From a virus, in the IMG/VR virus record IMGVR_UViG_3300030060_002972, positions 1-64,000 of that record: a stretch of DNA of 64,000 nucleotides; one strand, given 5' to 3'. Below are positions 28,564-37,238 of the stretch, one piece after another. A program made the position numbers and the translations under genes. The first letter of the stretch is position 1. Each line of letters begins with the position of its first letter. The notes beneath the pieces are model-generated. The model was given only the letters and a program-made list of their open reading frames with translations, was not told the origin of the DNA and ran no database searches.

Positions 28564-29612
28564 CTGTCCACATCCCATGAGTAGTAGAGTGTATCTACCT
28601 CATTAGTAAACCCAGACAAGACACCTGCTAGACTTTTACCTAGCTGACGGACAAACTCAGGACTGAACTCATGTCTGCTCAGGTTTGGATACTGGTCTAT
28701 TAGGATGTCATGTGTGTTCTTGTACAGTGCAATAAGGTCATCTGCATTGGTACTAGCAAACTTAGATAGCAGTGCAGTCAACCTCTGAGCATGTTTAGTA
28801 CTCTTGCCTACCTTGATAAACTCTACGTAGTGTCTAGCAATCTGTTCTACTGACTGCTGAGTTGCCATGAAGTTGGTGAAGTAGTCTTCATTGTCAAGCA
28901 CTTGTTGATAGTTAACTTCTTCTACACCGCATAACATGTCATAGATACTAGGCACTTGTTTCTTGGGGAAGATACCCATAAGCAACTGTCTTAGTACCTC
29001 TGGTTGTTGAGTCAGTACTGGATTGATTTGTTGATACAATTCTAGAAAGTGTACACTCTCCATGTTCTGTATCTGGTCTGGCATTTCTGGATACAGTGTC
29101 CATGACTCTTGTAGATACTGAGCTACATTGTTAAGAGTAGTATCTCTTGGCTCATACTGGAATGGTAAGAACACAGACCTAGCCTTTAGTGGCTCTGATA
29201 GGTTGTCATCCTCATTCATAGCACAGATGATAACACTTCCAGTAGGCAACGACTCGCCTCTGACTGTGCCTTCTCTGAGCAATGTAAGGATACTTGCATG
29301 AAGGTCATCCCTTGCCTTGTCTATCTCATCAAAGAAGAAGATAGAAGGTTGGTCTGTCCACCATGCAGGTTTAAGATAGCTCAAGCCATCACCCTCTTTG
29401 TATCTAGGATAACCCATGACCTCATCTGGTTGCTCGTTCTGTAATAGAACTTTGACAACAGGTAATCGTAGAGCATTGGATAGCTCGTTCTGAATCCAGT
29501 AGGTTTTACCAGAACTGGTCTTACCTACAAGGACAGGAACTTTAGCATTAACAAGCCCTACCTTTCTTTGTAGTTTGCAGATGTCCTCTGCTATTTGCTT
29601 TGAACTAAGCAT
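28560..29612 (-). CDS. MoxR/AAA_5-like AAA+ ATPase
   Basis: GKTSSGKT, GYP, FFDEIDKA, CAMN, PLKAR. Confidence 0.85.
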   Translation of the reverse strand: MLSSKQIAEDICKLQRKVGLVNAKVPVLVGKTSSGKTYWIQNELSNALRLPVVKVLLQNEQPDEVMGYPRYKEGDGLSYLKPAWWTDQPSIFFFDEIDKARDDLHASILTLLREGTVRGESLPTGSVIICAMNEDDNLSEPLKARSVFLPFQYEPRDTTLNNVAQYLQESWTLYPEMPDQIQNMESVHFLELYQQINPVLTQQPEVLRQLLMGIFPKKQVPSIYDMLCGVEEVNYQQVLDNEDYFTNFMATQQSVEQIARHYVEFIKVGKSTKHAQRLTALLSKFASTNADDLIALYKNTHDILIDQYPNLSRHEFSPEFVRQLGKSLAGVLSGFTNEVDTLYYSWDVDR

Positions 29613-29615
29613 ATG

Positions 29616-30488
29616 TTACTCCTCAATCAACTCGGCTTTACACCAAGTGATTTGTATTGCCTTGAAATTTCCCTGTGGCATATCAATGTCAAGGGATTGC
29701 AATACTTGTTCTAATGCCTCATCAGAGGCAAAGTCTTCTGGATAGAGGTCTAAGACCTGTTCATCAACATTCTGAGGTTTGGACTCAGTAGGTGTCAACG
29801 AGGGGGGAAGGACATTAGACAGTATCTCCACTGGACTAGATTGCTCAGTGGGTGTTACTTCTATTGTCTTGGTTGGTGTTGTACTACTAGATGTTGTGGT
29901 AGTGTTAGTAGTAGTAGAAGTCTTCTTTACTACTGCTTTCTTAGCAGGAACTGTAAACTTAGCGTACTCTGTTTCTAGTTTCTGCTTGGTATCTGGATGT
30001 AGGTTGCCATGTCTTCTCAGGAAGTCATTGCCCTGTCTGGCAAGGAATCCCTCAGTGTAACTATCAACCATGTGGTCAAGGATGTCATCTTCTAGGTCAT
30101 CATTGAGTAGGTCAGTCTTGGTATCAATATCCAAGAACTCATAGTTGTACCAACTCTGTGATTCTATCCACTTACCTTGTTTCTTGTACTTGGTAACCTT
30201 GTCCTTCTTGAAACCTGTCAGTTCTTCCATCTTATCTTGGTATGCTTTCCTTTTCTTCTCATCACCTGATGAGTTAGCATACTTCTTCTTATCCTTGAGT
30301 ACCTCATGGCTCATGTTTAGAACGAGCAATGACATCTTCAACTCATAGAAGATAGTGGATACTTCTGACCTTAGCCTCTTGGCTAGACAAGAATCCCATT
30401 GTTTCTTCCACCCATCCAGTGCCTTCTGGCTAAACTTGTTAGATATAACAAGAGTTGCAGGGTTTTTTGCTATTGCTTTCTTACTCAT
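29616..30488 (-). CDS. Early hypothetical protein with Thr/Ser-rich linker
   Basis: Start MSKKAI after AGGAGG; hairpin immediately upstream. Confidence 0.7.
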   Translation of the reverse strand: MSKKAIAKNPATLVISNKFSQKALDGWKKQWDSCLAKRLRSEVSTIFYELKMSLLVLNMSHEVLKDKKKYANSSGDEKKRKAYQDKMEELTGFKKDKVTKYKKQGKWIESQSWYNYEFLDIDTKTDLLNDDLEDDILDHMVDSYTEGFLARQGNDFLRRHGNLHPDTKQKLETEYAKFTVPAKKAVVKKTSTTTNTTTTSSSTTPTKTIEVTPTEQSSPVEILSNVLPPSLTPTESKPQNVDEQVLDLYPEDFASDEALEQVLQSLDIDMPQGNFKAIQITWCKAELIEE

Positions 30489-30507
30489 AATTTCCTCCTT
30501 GTCAGGG

Positions 30508-30544
30508 ATACACCCTAACCTCATTACATGAGGGTTAGGTGTAT
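30508..30544. promoter_or_regulatory. Bulged hairpin with TAC/GTA triloop
   Basis: atacaccctaacctcat-TAC-atgagggttaggtgtat. Confidence 0.7.
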
Positions 30545-30573
30545 AAACTCTGACTGTTACGGACAAACCGTAA

Positions 30574-31104
30574 CTATTGCATGATTCTGTTTAGAATCTG
30601 CTCTGGTGTTTTTGGTTTACCAACTGGTTGTTTTCTAGCTGGTTTCTCCACTGTGTCAACGGAGTTGAGTCTGAGGTACTGTTCTCTGTAATTGTTAAGT
30701 ACCATGACAAGACCTTCTACAAAGTCTATGACATTTGCCTCTGACTTGCCATACTTACTGGCAAATCTCCCAACATGTCGGTTGACAAACCTGTTAAGGT
30801 TTTTCTCCAACTCTGAGCTGACTGGTATATCCATTCCAGACTCAATTTGTTTGGCAAGATAATTCCATTTGCCTGGAGTTAGACAGTATCTAGTATCATC
30901 TTTGGAATACTGAAATACTCCTGATTTGTTAGAACAAGTAGCTAGGATATCTAGTACTAACTCCTTGGGGGGTAGAAAACACTGAACAAACTTTCTATTG
31001 AAAGTTTTGTGGTTGCCATCTTCCCTCATCTTACTTGCCACAGTTACTTTGTGGTCTTGTGTTGTACTCCATTTGTCTTGAAGTAATGTTGCTGATTTAC
31101 TCAT
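30574..31104 (-). CDS. Early hypothetical protein
   Basis: AAGGAG RBS, 176 aa. Confidence 0.7.
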   Translation of the reverse strand: MSKSATLLQDKWSTTQDHKVTVASKMREDGNHKTFNRKFVQCFLPPKELVLDILATCSNKSGVFQYSKDDTRYCLTPGKWNYLAKQIESGMDIPVSSELEKNLNRFVNRHVGRFASKYGKSEANVIDFVEGLVMVLNNYREQYLRLNSVDTVEKPARKQPVGKPKTPEQILNRIMQ

Positions 31105-31147
31105 AGTAAATTCTCCTTTGGCGAGTCGCCACCTTGTTTTTGGGTTA

Positions 31148-31181
31148 TAACCCTGTACTCACTACGTGAGGTACAGGGTTA
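31148..31181. promoter_or_regulatory. Bulged hairpin with TAC/GTA triloop
   Basis: taaccctgtactcac-TAC-gtga(g)gtacagggtta. Confidence 0.75.
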
Positions 31182-31193
31182 AATTTGGGATTG

Positions 31194-31409
31194 TTAGCCT
31201 TGTACCATTGGGATTATTTCCTTTAGATAAGTGTCATAACCCATGATATCTTGATAGTGTACTTCATAGTCTTCAATGTCTTCCTTGAAGTTACGATAGT
31301 ATATATCTTGATGTATCCAGAAGGTATCTGTACCTTCCTCTGGAATTTGTATGTTGTTTACTTCACACCAAACTCTAAAGTAATCTTGTTTTTCATAATG
31401 CTCTTGCAT
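31194..31409 (-). CDS. Small acidic early protein
   Basis: AAGGAG RBS, first leftward ORF. Confidence 0.65.
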   Translation of the reverse strand: MQEHYEKQDYFRVWCEVNNIQIPEEGTDTFWIHQDIYYRNFKEDIEDYEVHYQDIMGYDTYLKEIIPMVQG

Positions 31410-31436
31410 AATTCACTCTCCTTGAGGACTCGTTTA

Positions 31437-31470
31437 TAACTTGTACCTCACTACGTGAGGGTACAAGTTA
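31437..31470. promoter_or_regulatory. Bulged hairpin with TAC/GTA triloop
   Basis: taacttgtacctcac-TAC-gtga(g)ggtacaagtta. Confidence 0.75.
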
Positions 31471-31495
31471 AAAGGGGGACAGGTTTTTCCATTTC

Positions 31496-31520
31496 CAAGT
31501 ATTTACTACGTAAATACTTG
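31496..31520. promoter_or_regulatory. Perfect 11-bp hairpin with TAC/GTA triloop
   Basis: caagtatttac-TAC-gtaaatacttg. Confidence 0.7.
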
Positions 31521-31626
31521 TTTGTACCCTCTCTCCACCACTAGAAAAAACATCCCCCCCATGTGCCCACCCACACCCCGTGTATATATATATATTGCTA
31601 GGTTTTTTCCCTGTTATGTGTGTTTG

Positions 31627-31706
31627 TATACCCATGTTTACTAGTTATATACCCACAATCACTAGTTTTATCCCCACTATTACCCAGTTTTTACCCACAA
31701 TCTAGT
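31627..31706 (+). repeat. Four degenerate ~21-bp direct repeats (iteron-like)
   Basis: tatacccatgtttactagtt / atatacccacaatcactagtt / ttatccccactattacccagtt / tttacccacaatctagt, followed by AT-rich DNA. Confidence 0.6.
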
Positions 31707-31860
31707 ATAATATATAATGTAATAATATCAGTTAGTTACGTCACGGCACTTGACATGCCCACTGTGTACAGTGTATATACATGTATATAGTACAAGTGTA
31801 TACATAATATATACTTTGCAGTATATATTATAGTATAATCTACGTAGTATATACTAGTAC

Positions 31861-31889
31861 TTGACATTGCAAGTCCTGAGCTATATACA
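31861..31889 (+). promoter_or_regulatory. Sigma70-type promoter for rightward operon
   Basis: TTGACA-17 nt-TATACA just before 31902; a second TTGACA at 31750. Confidence 0.55.
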
Positions 31890-31901
31890 TATAAAGGGCA
31901 C

Positions 31902-32141
31902 ATGACTGACCACAACTATAACAAACTACGTATGTATACATATAAATGTGCTAGTACTTATGATTTTAAATTACAAGATGCAGAAGATATACTCCATGAT
32001 GCCCTGTTAGATTTTATAGAATCAGGGGTTGACATTACAAAGCTAATATGGAAGTATATAGGAAAGCACAGAGAACGTAGACATAGAGAAGGCAAACGTC
32101 AGATTAGCATGTCACACTTTGAAAACAAGGGGGAAGTATGA
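31902..32141 (+). CDS. Small protein resembling sigma-factor region 2
   Basis: YNKLRMY...QDAEDILHDALL. Confidence 0.5.
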   Translation: MTDHNYNKLRMYTYKCASTYDFKLQDAEDILHDALLDFIESGVDITKLIWKYIGKHRERRHREGKRQISMSHFENKGEV

Positions 32142-32623
32142 ATAAAACATTACAGACACTATTCCCAGATATTCCTGTATATGAAAACAAAATAACTAAA
32201 TTTTTAGAAGTATGTTACAACCTAGCCTGGTCATACAGAGCAGCTGGTAAAGAACTAAGCATAAACCACAAGACAGTAAAAAACATATTAGACAGTGTAA
32301 AAAACACGCCACAATATCATACATTTATGGGCAAACTAGAAGTACAGATTAAAAATTTTGCTGACCCAAAATTTTCTCACACAGTATTTGACAGATATGA
32401 ACAGCAACTAGCTGATATAGAAACAAGATTAAAACGTGCTGATAGACAGAATGATAAGGCACAATCCCTGCAATTATTAAAATTAAAACAAGTCATACTT
32501 AAAGACCAGCTTAGAGCTAGTATGGTAGCAAGTAAAGATAAAGAAGAAATAGCTACTGTGCATGATGCAATATCTAGTCTGTCAGAAACAGCTTGGGAGG
32601 AAATGAATGAAAAAGTCCAATGA
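32138..32623 (+). CDS. Putative terminase small subunit (N-terminal HTH plus coiled coil)
   Basis: SYRAAGKELSINHKTVKNIL helix-turn-helix; position upstream of TerL. Confidence 0.5.
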   Translation: MNKTLQTLFPDIPVYENKITKFLEVCYNLAWSYRAAGKELSINHKTVKNILDSVKNTPQYHTFMGKLEVQIKNFADPKFSHTVFDRYEQQLADIETRLKRADRQNDKAQSLQLLKLKQVILKDQLRASMVASKDKEEIATVHDAISSLSETAWEEMNEKVQ

Positions 32624-32828
32624 TGCACTTCCTGGCAGTGATAATGTGTTAAACCAAATAAACGGTCCTGCTAATAGATACTTACCTGCATGGATAGCCC
32701 GTGAAGGTACGGACATACCAAAATTAAATAAAGGAGAATTACAACGTGCTAGAAAAAATAATAATGGGACTCGCAACAAAAAAACTAAAAGGCAAGAACC
32801 GAGGAACAGGGTCAAGACCTCTGACTGA
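32607..32828 (+). CDS. Small basic protein
   Basis: GGGAGG RBS. Confidence 0.55.
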   Translation: MKKSNDALPGSDNVLNQINGPANRYLPAWIAREGTDIPKLNKGELQRARKNNNGTRNKKTKRQEPRNRVKTSD

Positions 32829-32907
32829 AATATATATGGAAGAAAGAGAAAAGATTGCTAAAAACATAGGTAAAAAATTAAAATCTAGGTTTATGAAGAA
32901 AAAATGA
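32746..32907 (+). CDS. 53-aa Lys-rich peptide (not in ORF track)
   Basis: AAGGAG then GTG; ATGA overlap with next gene. Confidence 0.45.
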   Translation: MLEKIIMGLATKKLKGKNRGTGSRPLTEIYMEEREKIAKNIGKKLKSRFMKKK

Positions 32908-33176
32908 GAAAGGTACACAAAAGTAAAACAGGTGGACTTACTGCTGCAGGTAGAGCCCACTTTAAAAGAACAGAAGGAGCTAACTTAAAAGCTCCTGTTA
33001 GCAAAGGCACAAATCCAAGACGTGTTAGCTTTGCTGCAAGATTTGCTGGTATGAAAGGTCCTATGAAAGATAGCAAGGGTCGTCCAACCAGAAAAGCACT
33101 AGCCCTAAAAAAATGGGGCTTTGGCAGTGTTGAGGCTGCACGTAAGTTTGCAGCTACACATAAAAAGAAAAAATAG
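32904..33176 (+). CDS. Basic phage protein (GGLTAAGR...RRVSFAARF type)
   Basis: Motifs recognisable from marine phage proteins near terminase genes. Confidence 0.75.
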   Translation: MRKVHKSKTGGLTAAGRAHFKRTEGANLKAPVSKGTNPRRVSFAARFAGMKGPMKDSKGRPTRKALALKKWGFGSVEAARKFAATHKKKK

Positions 33177-33186
33177 GAGATTTATT

Positions 33187-33351
33187 ATGCCAATGGGTAA
33201 AGGAACATACGGAAGTAAAAGAGGAAGACCAAAGAAAAAGAAGACTGGTACTTTAAAAGGTAGACAAAATAACTTACCAGCAGCACTAAAAAAAGCTATA
33301 GGTGCAAAAGGTCCTCGTGGTAAAAATATGAAAAAGAGTTACGGGAGATAA
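33187..33351 (+). CDS. Basic peptide with AT-hook-like KRGRPK
   Basis: AGGAG RBS, MPMGKGTYGSKRGRPKKK. Confidence 0.7.
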   Translation: MPMGKGTYGSKRGRPKKKKTGTLKGRQNNLPAALKKAIGAKGPRGKNMKKSYGR

Positions 33352-33358
33352 GAATATA

Positions 33359-33574
33359 ATGGCTATAGTAGGAATGGTAGGCAGACAATTAATAAAACTA
33401 GGTCTTTCTAAAGAAGCCCGTAAAAAAGTTAAAAAGGGTATACAGCAAGGTCATCTTAAAGTTTCTGGTAAAGAAATAAAAATGACTCCTAAAGGTAGTT
33501 ATAAACAACAACAGACTAATAACCGAGAACTAAAAAAACTTAATCAGAAAGATAAAAAACGAGGTAAAAAATAA
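33359..33574 (+). CDS. Lys-rich small protein
   Basis: RBS, coupled to next gene. Confidence 0.6.
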   Translation: MAIVGMVGRQLIKLGLSKEARKKVKKGIQQGHLKVSGKEIKMTPKGSYKQQQTNNRELKKLNQKDKKRGKK

Positions 33575-33957
33575 TGGCAAAATTAAAGTCTAAAGTTGTA
33601 GAAAGAGCTAAAAAATATGAAACTAAGAAAAAATTACAGAAAAAACGTACTCTCATGGGTAAGGGCAAAGGCAGAGGTATTAAAGCAGATAAACCTTTAA
33701 AAAAACTAGATAAGTCTTTGCGTAGAATACGTAAAAACCCAGGTGGTTTTGCAGCATCTGTTGTTGACGCTGGTTCAGTAGTAGCACCTGCAAGTATTGC
33801 TAGGAAAGGAATTAAAATTGTAGGTAAGACTGATGTGGGTAAAAGATTACTAAAAGACATAGAAAGATTAATGAAAAAAAATCCAAGAAAAACTGCTGAG
33901 GTAATAATGAAAAGAAATAAATTAGCAAATGTTCCTAGTAGTAAAAAAAGAAAATAA
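33574..33957 (+). CDS. Lys/Arg-rich protein
   Basis: TAATG coupling. Confidence 0.6.
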   Translation: MAKLKSKVVERAKKYETKKKLQKKRTLMGKGKGRGIKADKPLKKLDKSLRRIRKNPGGFAASVVDAGSVVAPASIARKGIKIVGKTDVGKRLLKDIERLMKKNPRKTAEVIMKRNKLANVPSSKKRK

Positions 33958-33984
33958 AACGGGTTGTGGCACAGGCAATGAGAA

Positions 33985-35529
33985 TTGCAGCCAGTACAAC
34001 CTGTTTGGAATAGTATGATAAGAGACTGGTGGTACAAAGATGAAAAGATGTTAGCGTTGTGGCGTAAAATCCACAGCATGACATCTGAGGAATTTGCTAA
34101 TCTTGATAAAAAAGTTAAAGCAGAGTTACAATACTGGTACGGGAATCTTTTCTTTTTTAAACCGTATCCTGCTCAGAAGCCTATCGTGGACGATAATCAC
34201 TTTAGTGTGTACGTACATGGTAATAATAGTTCTGGGAAGTCTTATTGTTGTGCTGCTAAAACGGCTTACAATGTTATAGGTTGGCATCCTAACTATACTA
34301 TAGATAAACCTAAGTATGGTAATAGAATTATCTGGGCATTTAGTCCTTCATTTGATATTCAAAGAACTTCAAGTCAGGTACATTTGTTCTCAACTGATAC
34401 GCCCAATGATATAGGACTACTGCCCTCTATAGAAAGTATAGAAAAACGTGGTGGTAAAGTAGCCTGGGGTAAAAACAGATGTATTGACTTTGTTAGATTC
34501 TGGGACGGTACAGTCTTAGAATTTAAATCTGCTGAGATGAAAACACAAAACCTACAAGCGTCTGGTATTGACTATTGTTGGTTTGATGAGTGTCCATCAC
34601 ACACTATGCATGATGAGATTCTTGCTAGGTTGTTAAGAAAATCTGGTAAGATGGTTATGAGTTTTATTGTAGAAGATACTACTAGTAATTACATAGTACA
34701 AGATATCTATGGTAGAAACGAAGAAGATGAAGATACTTCGTTTCACTTTATAGATGTATATGACAATCTATCTTTAGAAAAAGAAGAGATAGAAAGATAT
34801 AAGAAAAGATTTACAGAATCAGCTATGCACTGGAGATTCAGTGAAGGTGGTAAGTTTCAGTTACAACCAAGGGGTGCACTAGTTTATTCTGATTTTTGTG
34901 AAACTCATATGGTAGATGATTTAGCAGAACAATACGACCCACTAAGAACTTTGTGGAGAAGTTGGGACATGGGGTTTGTTAGACCTGCATGTGTAGGTTT
35001 TCAAATTGACAAACACGGTAGAAAGAATGTATTATTCAGCATGATGGGGCACAATATACAGCTTACAGATTTTATAGACGAAGTGGAGAGTTATTGCAAT
35101 GAAATATTACCTAAAGTTGTTGAAAAAATGGATATACTCCCACATGATGCTAATAGAAAATATGATGTATCTCCTCACAGTGCTCTTGATATATTTGATG
35201 GTAAAAAGTTAAAAGCAGATACTATATATGTAAAAAGAGACATGTCACATGCACAAGTTAATGAGGAGCTTAAAAAATTTACAAAGGGAGAACCAATGCT
35301 TAGGTTAGATTCTAAACACTGTGTATTACTAGCACAATGCTTAGCTGGTTATACTAGACATGAGCAAACAGGTCAACCTAGGAAAGATAATTATTATGAG
35401 CACATATCTGATGCATTTAAGTTAGGGTGTTTCTATGTGTCAAGAAAATTAACAGAAACAAATACCGAGCTAAAAGAACCACAGTATTTTGGTCTAGAGT
35501 TTGGTGGAGGAAGTAATAGGATATTATGA
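33985..35529 (+). CDS. terL: Terminase large subunit
   Basis: GNNSSGKS Walker A, WFDE Walker B, SWDMG nuclease motif, HISDAF; exact start uncertain. Confidence 0.88.
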   Translation: MQPVQPVWNSMIRDWWYKDEKMLALWRKIHSMTSEEFANLDKKVKAELQYWYGNLFFFKPYPAQKPIVDDNHFSVYVHGNNSSGKSYCCAAKTAYNVIGWHPNYTIDKPKYGNRIIWAFSPSFDIQRTSSQVHLFSTDTPNDIGLLPSIESIEKRGGKVAWGKNRCIDFVRFWDGTVLEFKSAEMKTQNLQASGIDYCWFDECPSHTMHDEILARLLRKSGKMVMSFIVEDTTSNYIVQDIYGRNEEDEDTSFHFIDVYDNLSLEKEEIERYKKRFTESAMHWRFSEGGKFQLQPRGALVYSDFCETHMVDDLAEQYDPLRTLWRSWDMGFVRPACVGFQIDKHGRKNVLFSMMGHNIQLTDFIDEVESYCNEILPKVVEKMDILPHDANRKYDVSPHSALDIFDGKKLKADTIYVKRDMSHAQVNEELKKFTKGEPMLRLDSKHCVLLAQCLAGYTRHEQTGQPRKDNYYEHISDAFKLGCFYVSRKLTETNTELKEPQYFGLEFGGGSNRIL

Positions 35530-37238
35530 GAGAATCAGATATATTAAGATATTTTAATTATATACAGAAAGAAGCTGAAGATGGCTTTACACCTGTAAGA
35601 AAAGACTGGCAAGAAAACATGAAGTTTTACATGGATGAATACCAGTTTGAAAACAAGTTATCTTGGCAAACTAAAATAAAAGACCCTATAGTAGATAACT
35701 TAATAGTTAGAATGACTAACTTTTTTGTAAGAATACTAATGTCTGCTGATAATAAATACTTTACAGTAGAACATCCTAATCCATCTATCAAAACTGGATT
35801 ATCAAAACTTGTAGAAGCTGTATTAAAAACTAATAAGTTTCCTATGATTTTTGGTGATTCATTAAAGATGGCTTTACTTACAAGCCCTTATATAACAAAA
35901 GTAAACTATAATTATAAATCTGAAAGTTACCCTACATATGACCAGGGAACTGGTGAGTATGGTACAGAGAATAGTATTGTAGGTAAAACAGAAATACACT
36001 CTGTAGACCCTATGCAAATACGTTTAGACCCAGTGGGTAATCAGTATATTATAGAGAAAAAAGAATGTGATGTAGGTGATTTCATAAACATGGCAGAAGT
36101 CAACGGTTGGAAAAACGGTGATAAAGTTATGAGAAGTCTCTACAAAGTCTCAGATTCTGAGGATACAAGCTATAGACCTACAGTCAGTTTAGACTATGTT
36201 TTTAGTAAGTGTTTAACAGATGAGCGAGGTAAAATCTTAGACGAGCATGTTCACTTTATTATTGCTAATAAACAGCATGTCGTTTATTACGGTAAGAATA
36301 TCTTACCAAAAGGTCAGTTTCCTTACATTGTAGGATTTCCTATGAAGGTACTAAAAGGAAGATATGGTAGAGGGTACATAACAAAGCTAAGGTCTTTGTT
36401 AAGTTCCTATGTTGAATCAATGAACCTGCTACTGGATGCTTTTACATTAAATACGCTAGGTGTATACGAAGTAGTAACTAGTAATATTGAAACAGGGAAA
36501 GCACATTTATTCGGGTCAGTAGTACCAGGTAGACTTTACCCAGTCTCCTCTACTGGAACTATAAACCAAGTTTATAATAACTCGGTTAATCCTAATGCCA
36601 CAAACCTTTTATTTGTACTTGATAGACTTATACAAAATAGGTCGTTCCAAAACGAGTTCTTTCAGGGACAACCAACAAGTAAAGGCAGACCAACAGCTTC
36701 TGAAATAAGTCAAAAATCCCAAGAAACATCTGGGTTTTTTGCAGATATAGCTAATGAGATTGAGAGGTCAATCATAGAACCTACTCTAGAATTAATTCTA
36801 CATACAGAATTAATCTACATGAATGATGAATCTCATTTTGATTACAGCAAGTCCCTTGAAGATTCAGAAGCACTCAATGCGTTAAAGACACTTAGCTTCA
36901 ATGAGCGTATCAACGCAATTAAAGACGCTACTTTAACAGTCAAGGGCATCTCTGGCAAAGTTCTGAAGATGACTAATTTTCAGAAGTTGATGCAGATTAT
37001 CAACGTAATTGGTAACATGCCTCAAGTTGCACAGGCAGTTGACCCTGCTAAGTTTGTTTCAAGGATATTTGAATCATTTGATGAGAACCCTGAAGACATT
37101 CTTAACATGGATAACTTGACTCAAGGTGGACCAGGTGCAACGCCAACGGGTGCAGAGGGAGCTTCACCTACTCAACCTCAATCACCAGAACAACTCATGG
37201 AGGTTTTAAACAATGTCAGAAGAAACGAAACAGGATAA
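35526..37238 (+). CDS. Portal protein
   Basis: 570 aa directly after TerL; RYGRGY, TASEI motifs, low-complexity C-terminal tail. Confidence 0.8.
   Translation: MRESDILRYFNYIQKEAEDGFTPVRKDWQENMKFYMDEYQFENKLSWQTKIKDPIVDNLIVRMTNFFVRILMSADNKYFTVEHPNPSIKTGLSKLVEAVLKTNKFPMIFGDSLKMALLTSPYITKVNYNYKSESYPTYDQGTGEYGTENSIVGKTEIHSVDPMQIRLDPVGNQYIIEKKECDVGDFINMAEVNGWKNGDKVMRSLYKVSDSEDTSYRPTVSLDYVFSKCLTDERGKILDEHVHFIIANKQHVVYYGKNILPKGQFPYIVGFPMKVLKGRYGRGYITKLRSLLSSYVESMNLLLDAFTLNTLGVYEVVTSNIETGKAHLFGSVVPGRLYPVSSTGTINQVYNNSVNPNATNLLFVLDRLIQNRSFQNEFFQGQPTSKGRPTASEISQKSQETSGFFADIANEIERSIIEPTLELILHTELIYMNDESHFDYSKSLEDSEALNALKTLSFNERINAIKDATLTVKGISGKVLKMTNFQKLMQIINVIGNMPQVAQAVDPAKFVSRIFESFDENPEDILNMDNLTQGGPGATPTGAEGASPTQPQSPEQLMEVLNNVRRNETG

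Noticed and set aside
31410-31900. tRNA, attachment site or CRISPR mini-array in the non-coding region
   Set aside because: No cloverleaf or T-loop motif; repeats are contiguous without spacers; no integrase in the unit
32120-32141. Programmed -1 frameshift fusing the sigma2-like and HTH ORFs
   Set aside because: AAG GGG GAA is not a canonical slippery heptamer and is better explained as the RBS of the next gene
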